A DNA stretch of 62,337 nucleotides, filler included, from Nitrospirae bacterium CG2_30_53_67 (GTDB lineage: Bacteria > CG2-30-53-67), in assembly GCA_001873285.1 (NCBI GenBank). It is 5 parts of 5 records of this genome, joined end to end, with 100 filler letters (N's around TTAATTAATTAA, not from the genome) between each part and the next. Parts side by side here need not be neighbours in the genome. Positions count along the whole stretch, not along the records: positions 35,738 to 62,337 come from MNYV01000142.1; 4 more parts are not named here. One strand, given 5' to 3'. The notes beneath the pieces were generated by a model that saw only the letters and a list, made by a program, of their open reading frames with translations, did no database searches and was not told the DNA's origin. Both the position numbers and the translations under genes were made by a program. Shown piece after piece: positions 39,696 to 49,822 of the stretch (the stretch's first letter is position 1; each line of letters starts with the position of its first letter).

Positions 39696-39747
39696 TCCCT
39701 TTCTCCTTGACAGAAAATAACGATTTTGTTACTTTTATGAGCGACAT

Positions 39748-39821
39748 TCGGGTGTCGTCCAATGGTAGGACAGCAGACTCTGGATCTGCCTATCGAGGTT
39801 CGAATCCTTGCACCCGAGCCA
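39748..39821 (+). tRNA. tRNA-Gln(CTG)
   Basis: Acceptor TCGGGTG/CACCCGA, anticodon arm GCAGA-CTCTGGA-TCTGC, GGTTCGAATCC, CCA end. Confidence 0.95.
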
Positions 39822-39824
39822 TAG

Positions 39825-39899
39825 GGTCCCATCGTCTAACGGTTAGGACGTCGGCCTCTCACGCCGGTAATACGGGTTCGAATCCCGTTGGGATCACCA
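39825..39899 (+). tRNA. tRNA-Glu(CTC)
   Basis: Acceptor GGTCCCA/TGGGATC, anticodon loop CTCTCAC, GGTTCGAATCC, CCA end. Confidence 0.95.
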
Positions 39900-40038
39900 T
39901 CTCCCTCACCATTTGTCCCTCCCTCCAATTTGTTTCTACGATTCGAAAGTGTGCTTTTTGGGATTCGGTCATGAGCGGAAGGGGTCATCCATCTCCGTTC
40001 GCCGAGCCCGAGCAGGGCTCTTGCTCCCGGCTGCATGG

Positions 40039-40060
40039 TCGAATCCCGTTGGGATCACCA
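40039..40060 (+). repeat. 22-bp duplicate of the tRNA-Glu 3' end (att-like)
   Basis: TCGAATCCCGTTGGGATCACCA identical to 39878-39899. Confidence 0.9.
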
Positions 40061-40068
40061 CTTTAAAG

Positions 40069-40108
40069 TTGACAATTGTACTGTTGAAATGTACTATTGA
40101 ACAGTTCA
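40069..40108 (+). promoter_or_regulatory. sigma-70 promoter/operator of the TA module
   Basis: TTGACA-N17-TACTAT with repeated TGTACT(G/A)TTGAA. Confidence 0.65.
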
Positions 40109-40126
40109 TTCAAGGAGGTGATTCAC

Positions 40127-40408
40127 ATGATCACGGTTAAAGAGGATACGGCTCTCATAGGGATTGCGGAGTTGAGGAACAAGGCTTCCGATGTTCTGAG
40201 TATAATAAAAAAACACCGTGTTATTCTGACCAAACGGAATAAACCCTTGGGTGTTATCATCGATTACGATGAATACAAAGAAATGCAACGGATCATTGAT
40301 GAAGTAGAGGATCTTGCCTTGGGATCCATAGCCAAAGACCGTCTGGAGAGAAAAGGAAAAAAATACGTCAGCCTGGATGAGACGGAGAAAAAGGTGGGGC
40401 TCAGGTAA
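40127..40408 (+). CDS. Phd/YefM-family antitoxin
   Basis: IGIAELRNKASDVL...VILTKRNKPLGVIIDYDEY. Confidence 0.85.
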   Translation: MITVKEDTALIGIAELRNKASDVLSIIKKHRVILTKRNKPLGVIIDYDEYKEMQRIIDEVEDLALGSIAKDRLERKGKKYVSLDETEKKVGLR

Positions 40409-40695
40409 TGTACACCGTCCTGATCGATGAGCTTGTCCTCAAAGAAGACTTCAGAAAGATCGACAAACCTGACCAGCAGAGAATCATCAAGACCATCAGG
40501 AAAAAGCTGACGAGTGAACCTGAAATCTTCGGCTCGCCCTTGCGAGCCGACCTTAAAGGGTTATGGAAGCTGAGAGTGGGACCCTATAGAGTCATTTATG
40601 AGATAAAGAAAAAAGAGGTTCTGGTCTACGTCATCAAGGTTGGATTCAGACGGGACGAGGAAGTGTATAAAGAAATTTTAAAACGTTTCAAATAA
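40408..40695 (+). CDS. RelE/ParE-family toxin
   Basis: GSPLRADLKGLWKLRVGPYRVIYEI, KVGFRRDEEVY; translational coupling. Confidence 0.9.
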   Translation: MYTVLIDELVLKEDFRKIDKPDQQRIIKTIRKKLTSEPEIFGSPLRADLKGLWKLRVGPYRVIYEIKKKEVLVYVIKVGFRRDEEVYKEILKRFK

Positions 40696-40806
40696 GGTTA
40701 TGTCAAATTTCTTTTACAAAGAAACCTATTTCTGCTACACTCGTTTTGTCGCTTAATAACATCGTTCGATATTGAATAGACAAACTGGATAGGGTATAAA
40801 GACTGC

Positions 40807-42102
40807 ATGAATAAGCACAATATTTTTATAGCGGATTCTCGTTCGATGTCGGAAGTTCCGGATGAGTCCGTCCATCTCGTCATTACGTCGCCGCCTTACT
40901 GGCAACTCAAGGATTACGAGAGTGTCCAGCAGATCGGCTTTCATGATACCTACGAAGAATACATAAACAACCTGAACCTCGTATGGAAAGAATGCCACCG
41001 TGTCCTGCACGGCGGTTGCCGTCTGTGCATCAATATCGGTGATCAGTTCGCCAGATCTGTATATTATGGCCGCTATAAAGTCATCCCCATCAGAACCGAG
41101 ATCATTAAATTCTGTGAATTCATCGGTTTCGATTATATGGGGGCCATTATCTGGCAGAAGGTGACGACCTGTAACACGACGGGCGGGGCTACGATTATGG
41201 GGTCGTACCCCTATCCACGAAATGGAATTATCAAGATTGATTACGAATTTATCCTGCTCTTCAAAAAACCCGGCAGCCCCCCGCCGGTCGACAAGGCGGC
41301 GAAAGAGCAGTCCAAGCTGTCTGTAGAAGAATGGAACGAATACTTCGCCGGACACTGGAATTTTCCCGGGGAGAAACAGGATAAGCATCTGGCCATGTTT
41401 CCAGAAGAGCTTCCCCGGCGGTTGATCAGGATGTTCAGCTTTGTCGGGGAAACGGTTCTTGACCCATTCCTGGGAAGCGGCACGACCTCCCTGGCGGCAA
41501 AGCGTCTTCAAAGGCACTCGATCGGATACGAGATCAATGAGTCATTTTTACCGGTGATCAGAAAAAAAATCGGGGTTGAGCAGGCCGATATTTTCAGTCA
41601 GACCGTTGTAGAAGTCGTTAAACCGGCACGAGAGACCATCGACCGCCGGCAGGAAATACAAAAAATGCCTTATATATTTCACGATCCTGTCCGATTCGAC
41701 AAGAAGATCGATCCCAGGAAGATGACCTTCGGTTCAAAAATCGAAGCCAACGGAAACGGTAAAGGGCAGTATCTACATTTGAAGCGCGTGATCGCCCCCA
41801 ACATGATGGAACTCAATAACGACATGATCGTCAGGTTGATCGGCATTGGAACAAAGGCAGGCAAGGAGCCGGAAGCCATGAAATGGCTTTGGGACAAATT
41901 AAAGGGGCAGAGCGTTTACCTGAAATTCGACCAGGCAAAATATGATGAAAACAGCCGGCTGCTCTCTTATCTGTATCTGAAAAATAATACCTTTATCAAT
42001 CTTCATTTACTTCGCTCAAATCTGGTCCAATTAGACGAGACATTCCCATTCAGACACCATGACAAGTTCAAAGCGATCCTTAGAGAAGAAATCCGACCAT
42101 GA
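40807..42102 (+). CDS. N4/N6 DNA methyltransferase (beta class) with C-terminal thermonuclease-like domain
   Basis: LVITSPPY, VLDPFLGSGTT; C-terminal VRLIGI...D..SRLLSYLYL..TFINLHL. Confidence 0.85.
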   Translation: MNKHNIFIADSRSMSEVPDESVHLVITSPPYWQLKDYESVQQIGFHDTYEEYINNLNLVWKECHRVLHGGCRLCINIGDQFARSVYYGRYKVIPIRTEIIKFCEFIGFDYMGAIIWQKVTTCNTTGGATIMGSYPYPRNGIIKIDYEFILLFKKPGSPPPVDKAAKEQSKLSVEEWNEYFAGHWNFPGEKQDKHLAMFPEELPRRLIRMFSFVGETVLDPFLGSGTTSLAAKRLQRHSIGYEINESFLPVIRKKIGVEQADIFSQTVVEVVKPARETIDRRQEIQKMPYIFHDPVRFDKKIDPRKMTFGSKIEANGNGKGQYLHLKRVIAPNMMELNNDMIVRLIGIGTKAGKEPEAMKWLWDKLKGQSVYLKFDQAKYDENSRLLSYLYLKNNTFINLHLLRSNLVQLDETFPFRHHDKFKAILREEIRP

Positions 42103-42408
42103 AGAAACTCAAGATGAGAAATGATCAGAGCATGGGTCAAAGACTTGGTTATCGTGAAAACATTTGTCGGCTTGAAATTTCAGGAGGCGATTCTGAAACG
42201 TGTCGCCGCACATACGGGAAAATCCTATAGGACATCCGATCCTGAAGAAGAGGCGAGGGGGATCGATGGCTATATCGGCGATCATCCCGTCAGCATCAAA
42301 CCACAGACTTATGAATCGAAGCAGATGTTACCGGAAAGCATCGGGGTACAAATCATCTACTATGAAAAAGTCAAGAACGGAATTAATATCTTTTTTGACG
42401 AATTGTAA
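42099..42408 (+). pseudogene. Internally deleted MjaI-like restriction endonuclease
   Basis: Coupled start MKKLKM at 42099 is out of frame with the 95-aa C-terminal half (WVKDLVIVKTFVGLKFQEAILK, GIDGYIG..PVSIKP). Confidence 0.65.
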
Positions 42409-42410
42409 TA

Positions 42411-44111
42411 TCATCGCTTTTTTTCTTTCCCTGTCTTTTGGATTCTGGCCCATTCATCACGTAATGTTACCGTCCGGTTGAAGACGAGCCGGTCCTGAGT
42501 GGAGTCTCGATCCACGCAGAAGTAACCCAGTCTTTCAAACTGGTAACGGCTTCCTGGTGCTGCACCCGCGAGGCCGGGTTCCAGCCTGCACGATGTCACC
42601 GTCTCCATGGATTTCGGATTCAGAAAGGCCTTGAAGTCGGGTGTGTCCTTATCCCCCTCGGGATCGGCTTTGGTGAAGAGATGATCGTAGAGGCGGACTT
42701 GGGCCTGGATCGAGTGGGCGTCAGAGACCCAGTGCAGGGTGGACTTGACCTTGCGGCCGTCCGGGGAGTCGCCGCCCCGTGTGGCCGGGTCATAGGTGCA
42801 GTGGAGTTCCACCACCTCGCCGGCCTGGTTTTTTACGGCGCTGACGCATTTTATGAAATACGCGTACCTCAGCCTGACCTCCCGGCCCGGGCAAAGGCGG
42901 TAGAACTGTTTGGGCGGGTCCTCCATGAAATCCTCCTGTTCGATGTAGAGGATTCGTGAAAAGGGGACCTTCCGTGTCCCCATGCCGGGATCTTCGGGAT
43001 TGTTGACGGCCTCCAGTTCCTCCATACGGCCTTCAGGATAGTTGTCGATGACCACGCAGAGGGGCCGAAGCACGGCCATGACGCGGGGGACCCGCTTATT
43101 CAGGTCTTCACGCAGGCAGTGTTCAAGGAGTGCAATATCAACCATGCTCTCCCTTTTGGCCACGCCGATGCGTTCACAGAAGCTGCGGATGGCCTCGGGC
43201 GTGTATCCCCGCCTGCGAAGCCCGGAGATGGTGGGCATCCGGGGATCGTCCCAGCCGGAGACATGCCCCTCCTGAACCAGTTGCAGGAGCTTCCGTTTGC
43301 TCATGACCGTATGGCCGAGGTTGAGGCGGGCGAACTCGATCTGCCGGGGATGATGGATTTCCAACTGATCAAGAAACCAATTATAGAGCGGCCGGTGATC
43401 CTCAAATTCCAGCGTGCAGATGGAGTGGGTGATCCCTTCGATGGAATCCGACTGCCCGTGGGCAAAGTCGTACATGGGATAAATGCACCATTTCTCGCCG
43501 GTTCGGTGATGCGAGGCGTGAAGGACCCGGTACAGGACCGGGTCCCGCATATTCAGATTCGGGGAGGCCATGTCGATCTTTGCCCGGAGCACACGGGAGC
43601 CGTCTCCGAATTCGCCGGCGCGCATCCGTTCAAAGAGGTCCAGGTTCTCTTCAATAGAACGGTTCCGGAAGGGGCTCTCCCTGCCCGGCTCGGTTGGGGT
43701 GCCGCGGTATTCGCGGATTTCATCCGCGCTCAGGTCATCCACATAGGCCTTGCCCTTCTTGATCAACTGAACGGCAAATTCATAAAGTTTCTCGAAATAG
43801 TCGGATGCATAGTAGAGCCTGCCGTCCCAGTCGAACCCGAGCCAGCGGACGTCCTCCTGGATTGATTCCACGTACTCGACTTCCTCTTTGGCCGGATTGG
43901 TATCATCGAACCGAAGGTTGCAGAGGCCTCCGAATTCCCCGGCGATGCCGAAATTGAGACAAATGGATTTGGCATGTCCGATATGGAGATAGCCGTTAGG
44001 TTCCGGCGGGAACCGGGTCTGCACCCGCCCTTGGTTCTTGCCGTCTTTTATATCTTCGGAAATGGTCGTCCGTATAAAATCAGATGGCGGTGTCTTGCCA
44101 TGCATGCCCAT
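42411..44111 (-). CDS. glnS: Glutamine--tRNA ligase
   Basis: [40 protein letters not shown]; the ORF extension to 44240 is MITE sequence. Confidence 0.96.
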   Translation of the reverse strand: MGMHGKTPPSDFIRTTISEDIKDGKNQGRVQTRFPPEPNGYLHIGHAKSICLNFGIAGEFGGLCNLRFDDTNPAKEEVEYVESIQEDVRWLGFDWDGRLYYASDYFEKLYEFAVQLIKKGKAYVDDLSADEIREYRGTPTEPGRESPFRNRSIEENLDLFERMRAGEFGDGSRVLRAKIDMASPNLNMRDPVLYRVLHASHHRTGEKWCIYPMYDFAHGQSDSIEGITHSICTLEFEDHRPLYNWFLDQLEIHHPRQIEFARLNLGHTVMSKRKLLQLVQEGHVSGWDDPRMPTISGLRRRGYTPEAIRSFCERIGVAKRESMVDIALLEHCLREDLNKRVPRVMAVLRPLCVVIDNYPEGRMEELEAVNNPEDPGMGTRKVPFSRILYIEQEDFMEDPPKQFYRLCPGREVRLRYAYFIKCVSAVKNQAGEVVELHCTYDPATRGGDSPDGRKVKSTLHWVSDAHSIQAQVRLYDHLFTKADPEGDKDTPDFKAFLNPKSMETVTSCRLEPGLAGAAPGSRYQFERLGYFCVDRDSTQDRLVFNRTVTLRDEWARIQKTGKEKKR

Positions 44112-44134
44112 ATTCAAGTGTATGTCCTCAATAA

Positions 44135-44382
44135 TGACGGTTTCGTAATAAGTCCTCAAATAGGACGGCAAAGAAAAAAGGCCCAGATGCAAGGCGCGCA
44201 AGTCCTGAGGAATCAGCGCGTACATAGACGTACGCTGCAATGACCTCTCTGCGTGCCCGCCTGAGCGAGGACCTGCCTGCCACGCTGTGGCGCAGGCATG
44301 GCGCTCGCAGTCAGGCGGTCACGCACAGGCAGGCGAAGGACGCAGCGCAACGCCGCAGATGGACTTTTTACGAAGCCGTCAA
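44135..44382 (+). mobile_element. MITE-like family B copy 2 with a 90-bp nested hairpin insertion
   Basis: TGACGGTTTCGTAATAAGTCC ... GGACTTTTTACGAAGCCGTCA, ATAA duplication. Confidence 0.85.
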
Positions 44383-44910
44383 TAACTCATCAATCGAGAA
44401 TATGGGGTGATAATCGTAGTTACGGAGGGATTCTCTGCCGCCCATATTCCTGTCCACGATTGAAATAACCATTGCAATCTTCAGTCCGGCCTCTTTCAGC
44501 CGTTCTATGGCCGTCAGCACGGATTTCCCTGTGGAGACGACGTCTTCAACGACGACGATTCTCCCCCCTTTTTCAATGATCCCCTCTATGTATTTTTGAG
44601 TCCCATGCTTCTTGGCTTCTTTTCTCACACTGACGACGGGGATATTCTTCCTTTGTTGATAGAAGGCATAGTGACTGACACTGAAGGCAATGGGAATGGC
44701 CCCGTACATGAGGCCGCCGATATAGTCTATATGCTTGTCCCCGATCATGCCGTAGATCAGTTCGCCGATCAAAGAGCCGGTTTCGGGGGTGTTGATGACC
44801 TGCTTGGCATCAATATAATAAGCGCTCTCGCCTCCATGCGCAAGGGTGAACCTGCCGATTTGCAGGGCTTTCTTTTGTATGATCTCTTTGAGTTGTTGTC
44901 TTGCATCCAT
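44368..44910 (-). CDS. pyrE: Orotate phosphoribosyltransferase
   Basis: FTLAHGGESAYYID, RKEAKKHG, VVVEDVVSTGKS, IVDR. Confidence 0.93.
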   Translation of the reverse strand: MDARQQLKEIIQKKALQIGRFTLAHGGESAYYIDAKQVINTPETGSLIGELIYGMIGDKHIDYIGGLMYGAIPIAFSVSHYAFYQQRKNIPVVSVRKEAKKHGTQKYIEGIIEKGGRIVVVEDVVSTGKSVLTAIERLKEAGLKIAMVISIVDRNMGGRESLRNYDYHPIFSIDELLTAS

Positions 44911-45203
44911 GTCCGCCTCTTTTGGGCCTGCATCTTATATCAAAAAAATCTTTTTGACAAATCTTTTTGACAATCGGAATAAAAGAAAAAAAGATGTTCA
45001 CCGGCCCGTTTATGCCCATAATTTTACTTGCAATGGCATTTCGGGTTTGCTATAGTGCACGCGAGAAGAAGGAAAGCTTACTAACCGGGTAGAGAGCAGA
45101 TACTTATCGCGTCGTTCATACCTGCCGTGTAAATTTCACTGCAAGCGCTTTTGTATGGGTCCCGCCTGAGTCTCTGCCTATCCCAAATGAGGAGAGAAGA
45201 GTT

Positions 45204-45512
45204 ATGTCAATGAAACTGTATGTGGGAAATCTTTCTTATGAGATGAGCGAGTCCCAACTGAGTGATCTTTTTACCCCCTTCGGCGCCATTGAAAGCGCAA
45301 AGATCATCACCGACAAATATACGGGGAACTCCAAAGGTTTCGGATTTGTCGAGATGTCGAGCCGCGAGGAAGGCGAGAAGGCCATCAGCGAGTTGAACGG
45401 CAAACAGATCAATAATCGCGCGATCACGGTTAATGAAGCCCGTCCCAAACCGGAGAGGGGCAGTTCCGGCGGCAGGGGCGGCGGCGGAGGCGGAGGCAGA
45501 GGGAGATACTAA
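45204..45512 (+). CDS. RRM RNA-binding protein with Gly-rich tail
   Basis: KLYVGNL (RNP2), KGFGFVEM (RNP1). Confidence 0.95.
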   Translation: MSMKLYVGNLSYEMSESQLSDLFTPFGAIESAKIITDKYTGNSKGFGFVEMSSREEGEKAISELNGKQINNRAITVNEARPKPERGSSGGRGGGGGGGRGRY

Positions 45513-45753
45513 GTCCTTCGATTCATATCGGTATCGATTTTTAAGAAAATCCTCAACAAGAAAGGCATCCTATGCCATTGTGGGAATGGCATGAATGTTG
45601 GGGGTTTGTCTTGTTTTTTATGAAAAGAGGACAAAACATATCCACATCATCAGGTACAGCGCCATCCTTACAGAATAGGTGATTTTTGACTATTTTTTCT
45701 TGCAATCAAGAATCCTCTATGCTAAATTTTATAATTTAAAATTTGCTGATTCA

Positions 45754-45942
45754 GTGGTCCTGTTCATAAATATGGTAACGTACCGACTTGTACTCGGTTT
45801 ACCGGTAGAGGGTCATAGGGCGGTCTCATCTCCGCGCGCGACTGAGGCGTACCCCCTCCCCTGTGGTACGTCGCAAGGAGCGGAACTTTGATCCGACCGC
45901 CCTATGACCCTCGAATGCGACCGTATTTACGAATAGGGCCAC
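45754..45942 (+). mobile_element. MITE-like family A copy upstream of rpsB
   Basis: TIRs, TCA/TAA flanks. Confidence 0.9.
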
Positions 45943-46005
45943 TAATCTATAAAACTCTCCAGAAGATAAGCGAAGCAGAAAAAAACTGCTGATTTCTTCT
46001 GGATA

Positions 46006-46090
46006 TCACACACATATCCGGATCCAGGGGGGTGGTGCGCATCGGGCGTTTCCCCGGGAGATGAAGGATATGGAGGAAAAAACCATTATA
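46006..46090 (+). ncRNA. Probable rpsB (S2) leader RNA
   Basis: CACACACATATCC...GGATATGGAGG stem directly upstream of rpsB, as in known rpsB leaders. Confidence 0.55.
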
Positions 46091-46103
46091 AGGAGAAACG
46101 GTT

Positions 46104-46892
46104 ATGCCGATTGTCACCATGAAAGAGCTTTTGGAGGCCGGGGTCCATTTCGGGCACCAGACCAACCGATGGAATCCGAAGATGAAGAAGTTCATCTTCG
46201 GCGAACGGAACGGGATCTATATCCTGGATCTTCAGAAAACCTTGCGCAATATCAAGGAGATTCATAACACGGTCAAACAGATCATATCCGATGGAAAACA
46301 TATCCTGTTTGTGGGGACCAAAAAACAGGCTCAAGACGCCATCTATGAGGAGGCCGTACGGTGCGGGATGTTTTACGTGCATCAGCGCTGGCTCGGCGGG
46401 ACATTGACCAATTTCAAGACCATCAGAAACAGTATTTCAAAGTTGAAGAATATCGAAAAGATGAAGGAGGACGGGACCTTTGAGAAATTCAGCAAGAAAG
46501 AGTCCCTGATGATAGAGAAAGACCGGCTCAAATTGGAAAAGTATCTGGGGGGCATCAAGGATATGACCAGTCTTCCCGGCGCCCTTTTTATCGTAGATCC
46601 CAAGAAGGAGAAAATCGCCGTTCATGAAGCCCGGATCATGGGAATTCCCATCATCGCCATCGTGGATACGAACTGCGATCCGGACGAGATCGATTATTGT
46701 ATCCCCGGAAACGATGACGCCATCCGTTCCGTCCGCCTCGTGACATCCAAAATCGCCAATGCGGTATTGGAGGCCAAGGAGAGAAGGGCGCCTGATATTG
46801 AAGAAGCGATGATGGCTGCGGCGGCCGGAAGCGAGGCGCCGGATCAAACCCTTCAGACAGAATCCTCTCAGGCGCCTGCACAGGAATCATGA
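46104..46892 (+). CDS. rpsB: 30S ribosomal protein S2
   Basis: [33 protein letters not shown]. Confidence 0.98.
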   Translation: MPIVTMKELLEAGVHFGHQTNRWNPKMKKFIFGERNGIYILDLQKTLRNIKEIHNTVKQIISDGKHILFVGTKKQAQDAIYEEAVRCGMFYVHQRWLGGTLTNFKTIRNSISKLKNIEKMKEDGTFEKFSKKESLMIEKDRLKLEKYLGGIKDMTSLPGALFIVDPKKEKIAVHEARIMGIPIIAIVDTNCDPDEIDYCIPGNDDAIRSVRLVTSKIANAVLEAKERRAPDIEEAMMAAAAGSEAPDQTLQTESSQAPAQES

Positions 46893-46953
46893 AATCAAAC
46901 AGATCCGCCGGCAGAAGGGAGGCGGGAGGTATGGAATCGTAAGGAGGAAAAGT

Positions 46954-47565
46954 ATGGGCGGTATTTCAGCCGATCAGGTCAAAGAGTTGAGGAGCCGGAC
47001 CGGCGCGGGGATCATGGACTGCAAAAAGGCTCTTGCGGAGTCCAACGGGGAACTGGAGGGAGCCATTGATTATCTCAGGAAGAAGGGACTTTCGGCAGCG
47101 GCGAAACGTTCCGGCCGGACCACAGCCGAGGGGCTGGTCAGTTCGTACATCCATGCCGGAGGAAAGATCGGGGTGCTGGTTGAAGTGAATTGTGAAACCG
47201 ATTTCGTAGCCCGCAATGAAGAATTCCAAACCATGGTCAAGGATATTGCCATGCATATCGCCGCCGCACGGCCGCTCTTCATCCAGAGGGAGGAAGTTCC
47301 TCAGGATTTCCTCGACCGGGAGCGCGGCATCTTTAGGGAACAGGCCATCGGATCCGGCAAGCCGGAAAAGATTGTGGACAAGATCGTCGAAGGGCGCCTG
47401 GACAAATATTACGGAGAGGTCTGCCTGATGGAGCAGCCCTTTGTCAAGGATACGGACATCACGATCAAGGACCTGATCACCCGGAACATTGCAAAGATCG
47501 GGGAAAATATCCAGATCCGCCGCTTTGCCCGGTATGAGCTGGGTGAAGGGATAGAGAAGAGTTAA
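46954..47565 (+). CDS. tsf: Elongation factor Ts (short form)
   Basis: [29 protein letters not shown]. Confidence 0.98.
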   Translation: MGGISADQVKELRSRTGAGIMDCKKALAESNGELEGAIDYLRKKGLSAAAKRSGRTTAEGLVSSYIHAGGKIGVLVEVNCETDFVARNEEFQTMVKDIAMHIAAARPLFIQREEVPQDFLDRERGIFREQAIGSGKPEKIVDKIVEGRLDKYYGEVCLMEQPFVKDTDITIKDLITRNIAKIGENIQIRRFARYELGEGIEKS

Positions 47566-47604
47566 TCTCCGTTACACGCCTGCAAGGAAGGATGATATCC
47601 AAGA

Positions 47605-48324
47605 ATGGCCGGCCTGAAATTCAAAAGGATCCTGCTGAAACTGAGCGGAGAGGCCCTGATGGGGAAAAGGGAATATGGGATCGATCCCGATACCATGCTG
47701 GCCATCGCCCAGGAAATTCGTGAAGTTCAGGATCTTCATGTGGAGATGGCCATTGTGATCGGAGGCGGGAACATCTTCCGAGGGATCTCGGCCATGGCCC
47801 AGGGCATGGACCGGGCCACAGGTGATTACATGGGGATGCTCGCCACCATGCTGAACGCCCTCGCCCTTCAAAGCATGCTGGAGAAACAGGGGGTGATGAC
47901 CCGTGTGCTTTCTGCGCTGGAGATGAAGGAACTGGCCGAACCCTATATCCGAAGACGGGCCACGCGGCATCTGGAGAAAGGGCGGGTGGTGATCTTCGGC
48001 GGCGGGACGGGCAATCCTTATTTTACCACGGATACGGCTGCGGCCCTGCGGGCCATGGAGATCAACGCCGAAGTGATTCTCAAGGCCACCAAGGTGGACG
48101 GCGTCTATACCGACGACCCCATGATTGACAAGGATGCGAAACTGATCAAGGAGCTGACCTACATAGAGGTCTTGCAGAAGAAGCTCAAGGTCATGGACTC
48201 CACGGCTATTTCTTTGTGTATGGACAACAAACTTCCGATTATTGTCTTCAACATGATGCAGCATGGGAATATCAGGAGGGCCGTCCTGGGGGAAAAGATC
48301 GGGACCATTGTTCGAGGAGGGTAA
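47605..48324 (+). CDS. pyrH: UMP kinase
   Basis: [25 protein letters not shown]. Confidence 0.98.
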   Translation: MAGLKFKRILLKLSGEALMGKREYGIDPDTMLAIAQEIREVQDLHVEMAIVIGGGNIFRGISAMAQGMDRATGDYMGMLATMLNALALQSMLEKQGVMTRVLSALEMKELAEPYIRRRATRHLEKGRVVIFGGGTGNPYFTTDTAAALRAMEINAEVILKATKVDGVYTDDPMIDKDAKLIKELTYIEVLQKKLKVMDSTAISLCMDNKLPIIVFNMMQHGNIRRAVLGEKIGTIVRGG

Positions 48325-48326
48325 CC

Positions 48327-48884
48327 ATGAACGAAGATACCAAAGCCTGTGCCCAAGAGAAGATGGATAAGGCTATTACCGCTTTGAAGAATGAGTTTGC
48401 CCGGGTGCGGACCGGCAGGGCCTCGACAGCGCTGCTCGACCACATCATGGTGGATTATTATGGGACCCCCACACGGCTGAATCAATTGGCGACCCTTTCC
48501 GTGCCTGAAAGCCGGATGATCACGATTCAGCCCTGGGATGCCACCGCGCTGAAGTCCATCGAGAAAGCCATTCTCAAGTCGGACCTGGGGTTGACGCCTT
48601 CGAATGATGGAAAGATCATCCGGATGACCATTCCCGAACTGACCGAAGAGCGCAGGCGTGAGATCGTGAAAATCATCAAGCATGTGACCGAGGAGTGCCG
48701 GATTTCCATCCGTCAGATCAGGAAGGAAGCAAACGACCAGCTCAAAAAGATGGAGAAGGAAAAGGCGATTACCGAGGACGAACACCGCCGGATCCAGGAT
48801 GAGATCCAGAAGATGACCGACAAGACGATCCAGCAGGCTGATCAAATCTTAGAGAAGAAGGAAGCGGAAGTCATGCAGATATAA
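48327..48884 (+). CDS. frr: Ribosome recycling factor
   Basis: RTGRAS, DYYG, SDLGLTPSNDG, LTEERR. Confidence 0.97.
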   Translation: MNEDTKACAQEKMDKAITALKNEFARVRTGRASTALLDHIMVDYYGTPTRLNQLATLSVPESRMITIQPWDATALKSIEKAILKSDLGLTPSNDGKIIRMTIPELTEERRREIVKIIKHVTEECRISIRQIRKEANDQLKKMEKEKAITEDEHRRIQDEIQKMTDKTIQQADQILEKKEAEVMQI

Positions 48885-48890
48885 GGTATC

Positions 48891-48977
48891 TTGGGGTCAA
48901 GGGTTATAGTGTTTTTCTCTAAAGATTTTGTTTGCGTTTCAGTATTTCAATTGAATCCTTGAACCCTGGAACCCTTT
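48891..48977 (-). repeat. Short family C element
   Basis: TTTTTCTCTAAAGATTTTGTTTGCGTTTCAGTATTTCA core with heptamer flanks, as at 6545-6612, 56530-56585 and 57297-57350. Confidence 0.75.
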
Positions 48978-49006
48978 CAGCCCGCTAAAGGTCTCGGAAG
49001 ACCATC

Positions 49007-49822
49007 ATGAACAGAGAGGTTTCCACCATCGGGGAAAAGAGCCGCGCCGAAGACTTCGATCTTTTGCAGCAGATCGATCTTTCCGCCGTTCCGAAACACG
49101 TCGCCATCATCATGGACGGCAACGGCCGCTGGGCCCGTGCCCGCTCCGTCCCCAGGATAGAGGGGCATCGTGCAGGGGTGAAGGCCGTGGACGAGGTGGT
49201 CACCTGTGCGCGGGAGATCGGCATCAAGGTGCTCACCCTTTACGCCTTCTCCATGGAGAACTGGCAGCGGCCCAAGGAAGAGATCAGGGCCTTGATGTAT
49301 CTTCTCAAGGAATACATCTTAAGGAAGATCTCCGTGATGAAGGCTAACCATATCCGGTTCATGACCATCGGCCGGATTCAGGAACTGCCCAAGGACGTCC
49401 AGCCGCTCCTGAAGCGGGCTGAGGAAGAGACCCGGGAGAACCATGGACTGATCTTGAACCTGGCCTTGAGCTACGGAGGGAGGGCGGAGATCGTTGATGC
49501 CATCCGGTCCATCCTGCAGGATTTTTCCGAAAACAGGATCCGAATCGACCAGGTGGACGAAGCCCTTGTCGCTTCCCGCCTATACACCGCCGGCCTGCCG
49601 GACCCGGATATCATGATCCGGACCAGCGGGGAACAGCGTATCAGTAATTTCTTATCCTGGCAGTCGGTTTACACCGAACTCTATTTTACCCCTATCTGGT
49701 GGCCGGACTTCAGACGCAGGGCATTCCTCGAGGCCATGATTGATTTCCAAAGAAGGGAGAGACGTTTCGGCCTGACCGGTGAGCAGGTAAAAACGATTAA
49801 GGGGAAGGAAGATGCCTTCTAA
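49007..49822 (+). CDS. uppS: Undecaprenyl diphosphate synthase
   Basis: HVAIIMDGNGRWA, FSMENW, RTSGEQRISNF. Confidence 0.97.
   Translation: MNREVSTIGEKSRAEDFDLLQQIDLSAVPKHVAIIMDGNGRWARARSVPRIEGHRAGVKAVDEVVTCAREIGIKVLTLYAFSMENWQRPKEEIRALMYLLKEYILRKISVMKANHIRFMTIGRIQELPKDVQPLLKRAEEETRENHGLILNLALSYGGRAEIVDAIRSILQDFSENRIRIDQVDEALVASRLYTAGLPDPDIMIRTSGEQRISNFLSWQSVYTELYFTPIWWPDFRRRAFLEAMIDFQRRERRFGLTGEQVKTIKGKEDAF

Noticed and set aside
44112..44240. N-terminal extension of GlnS (also the IspG 54475, AtpB 36324 and 56557 extensions)
   Set aside because: The extensions are read through repeat elements; better starts lie downstream
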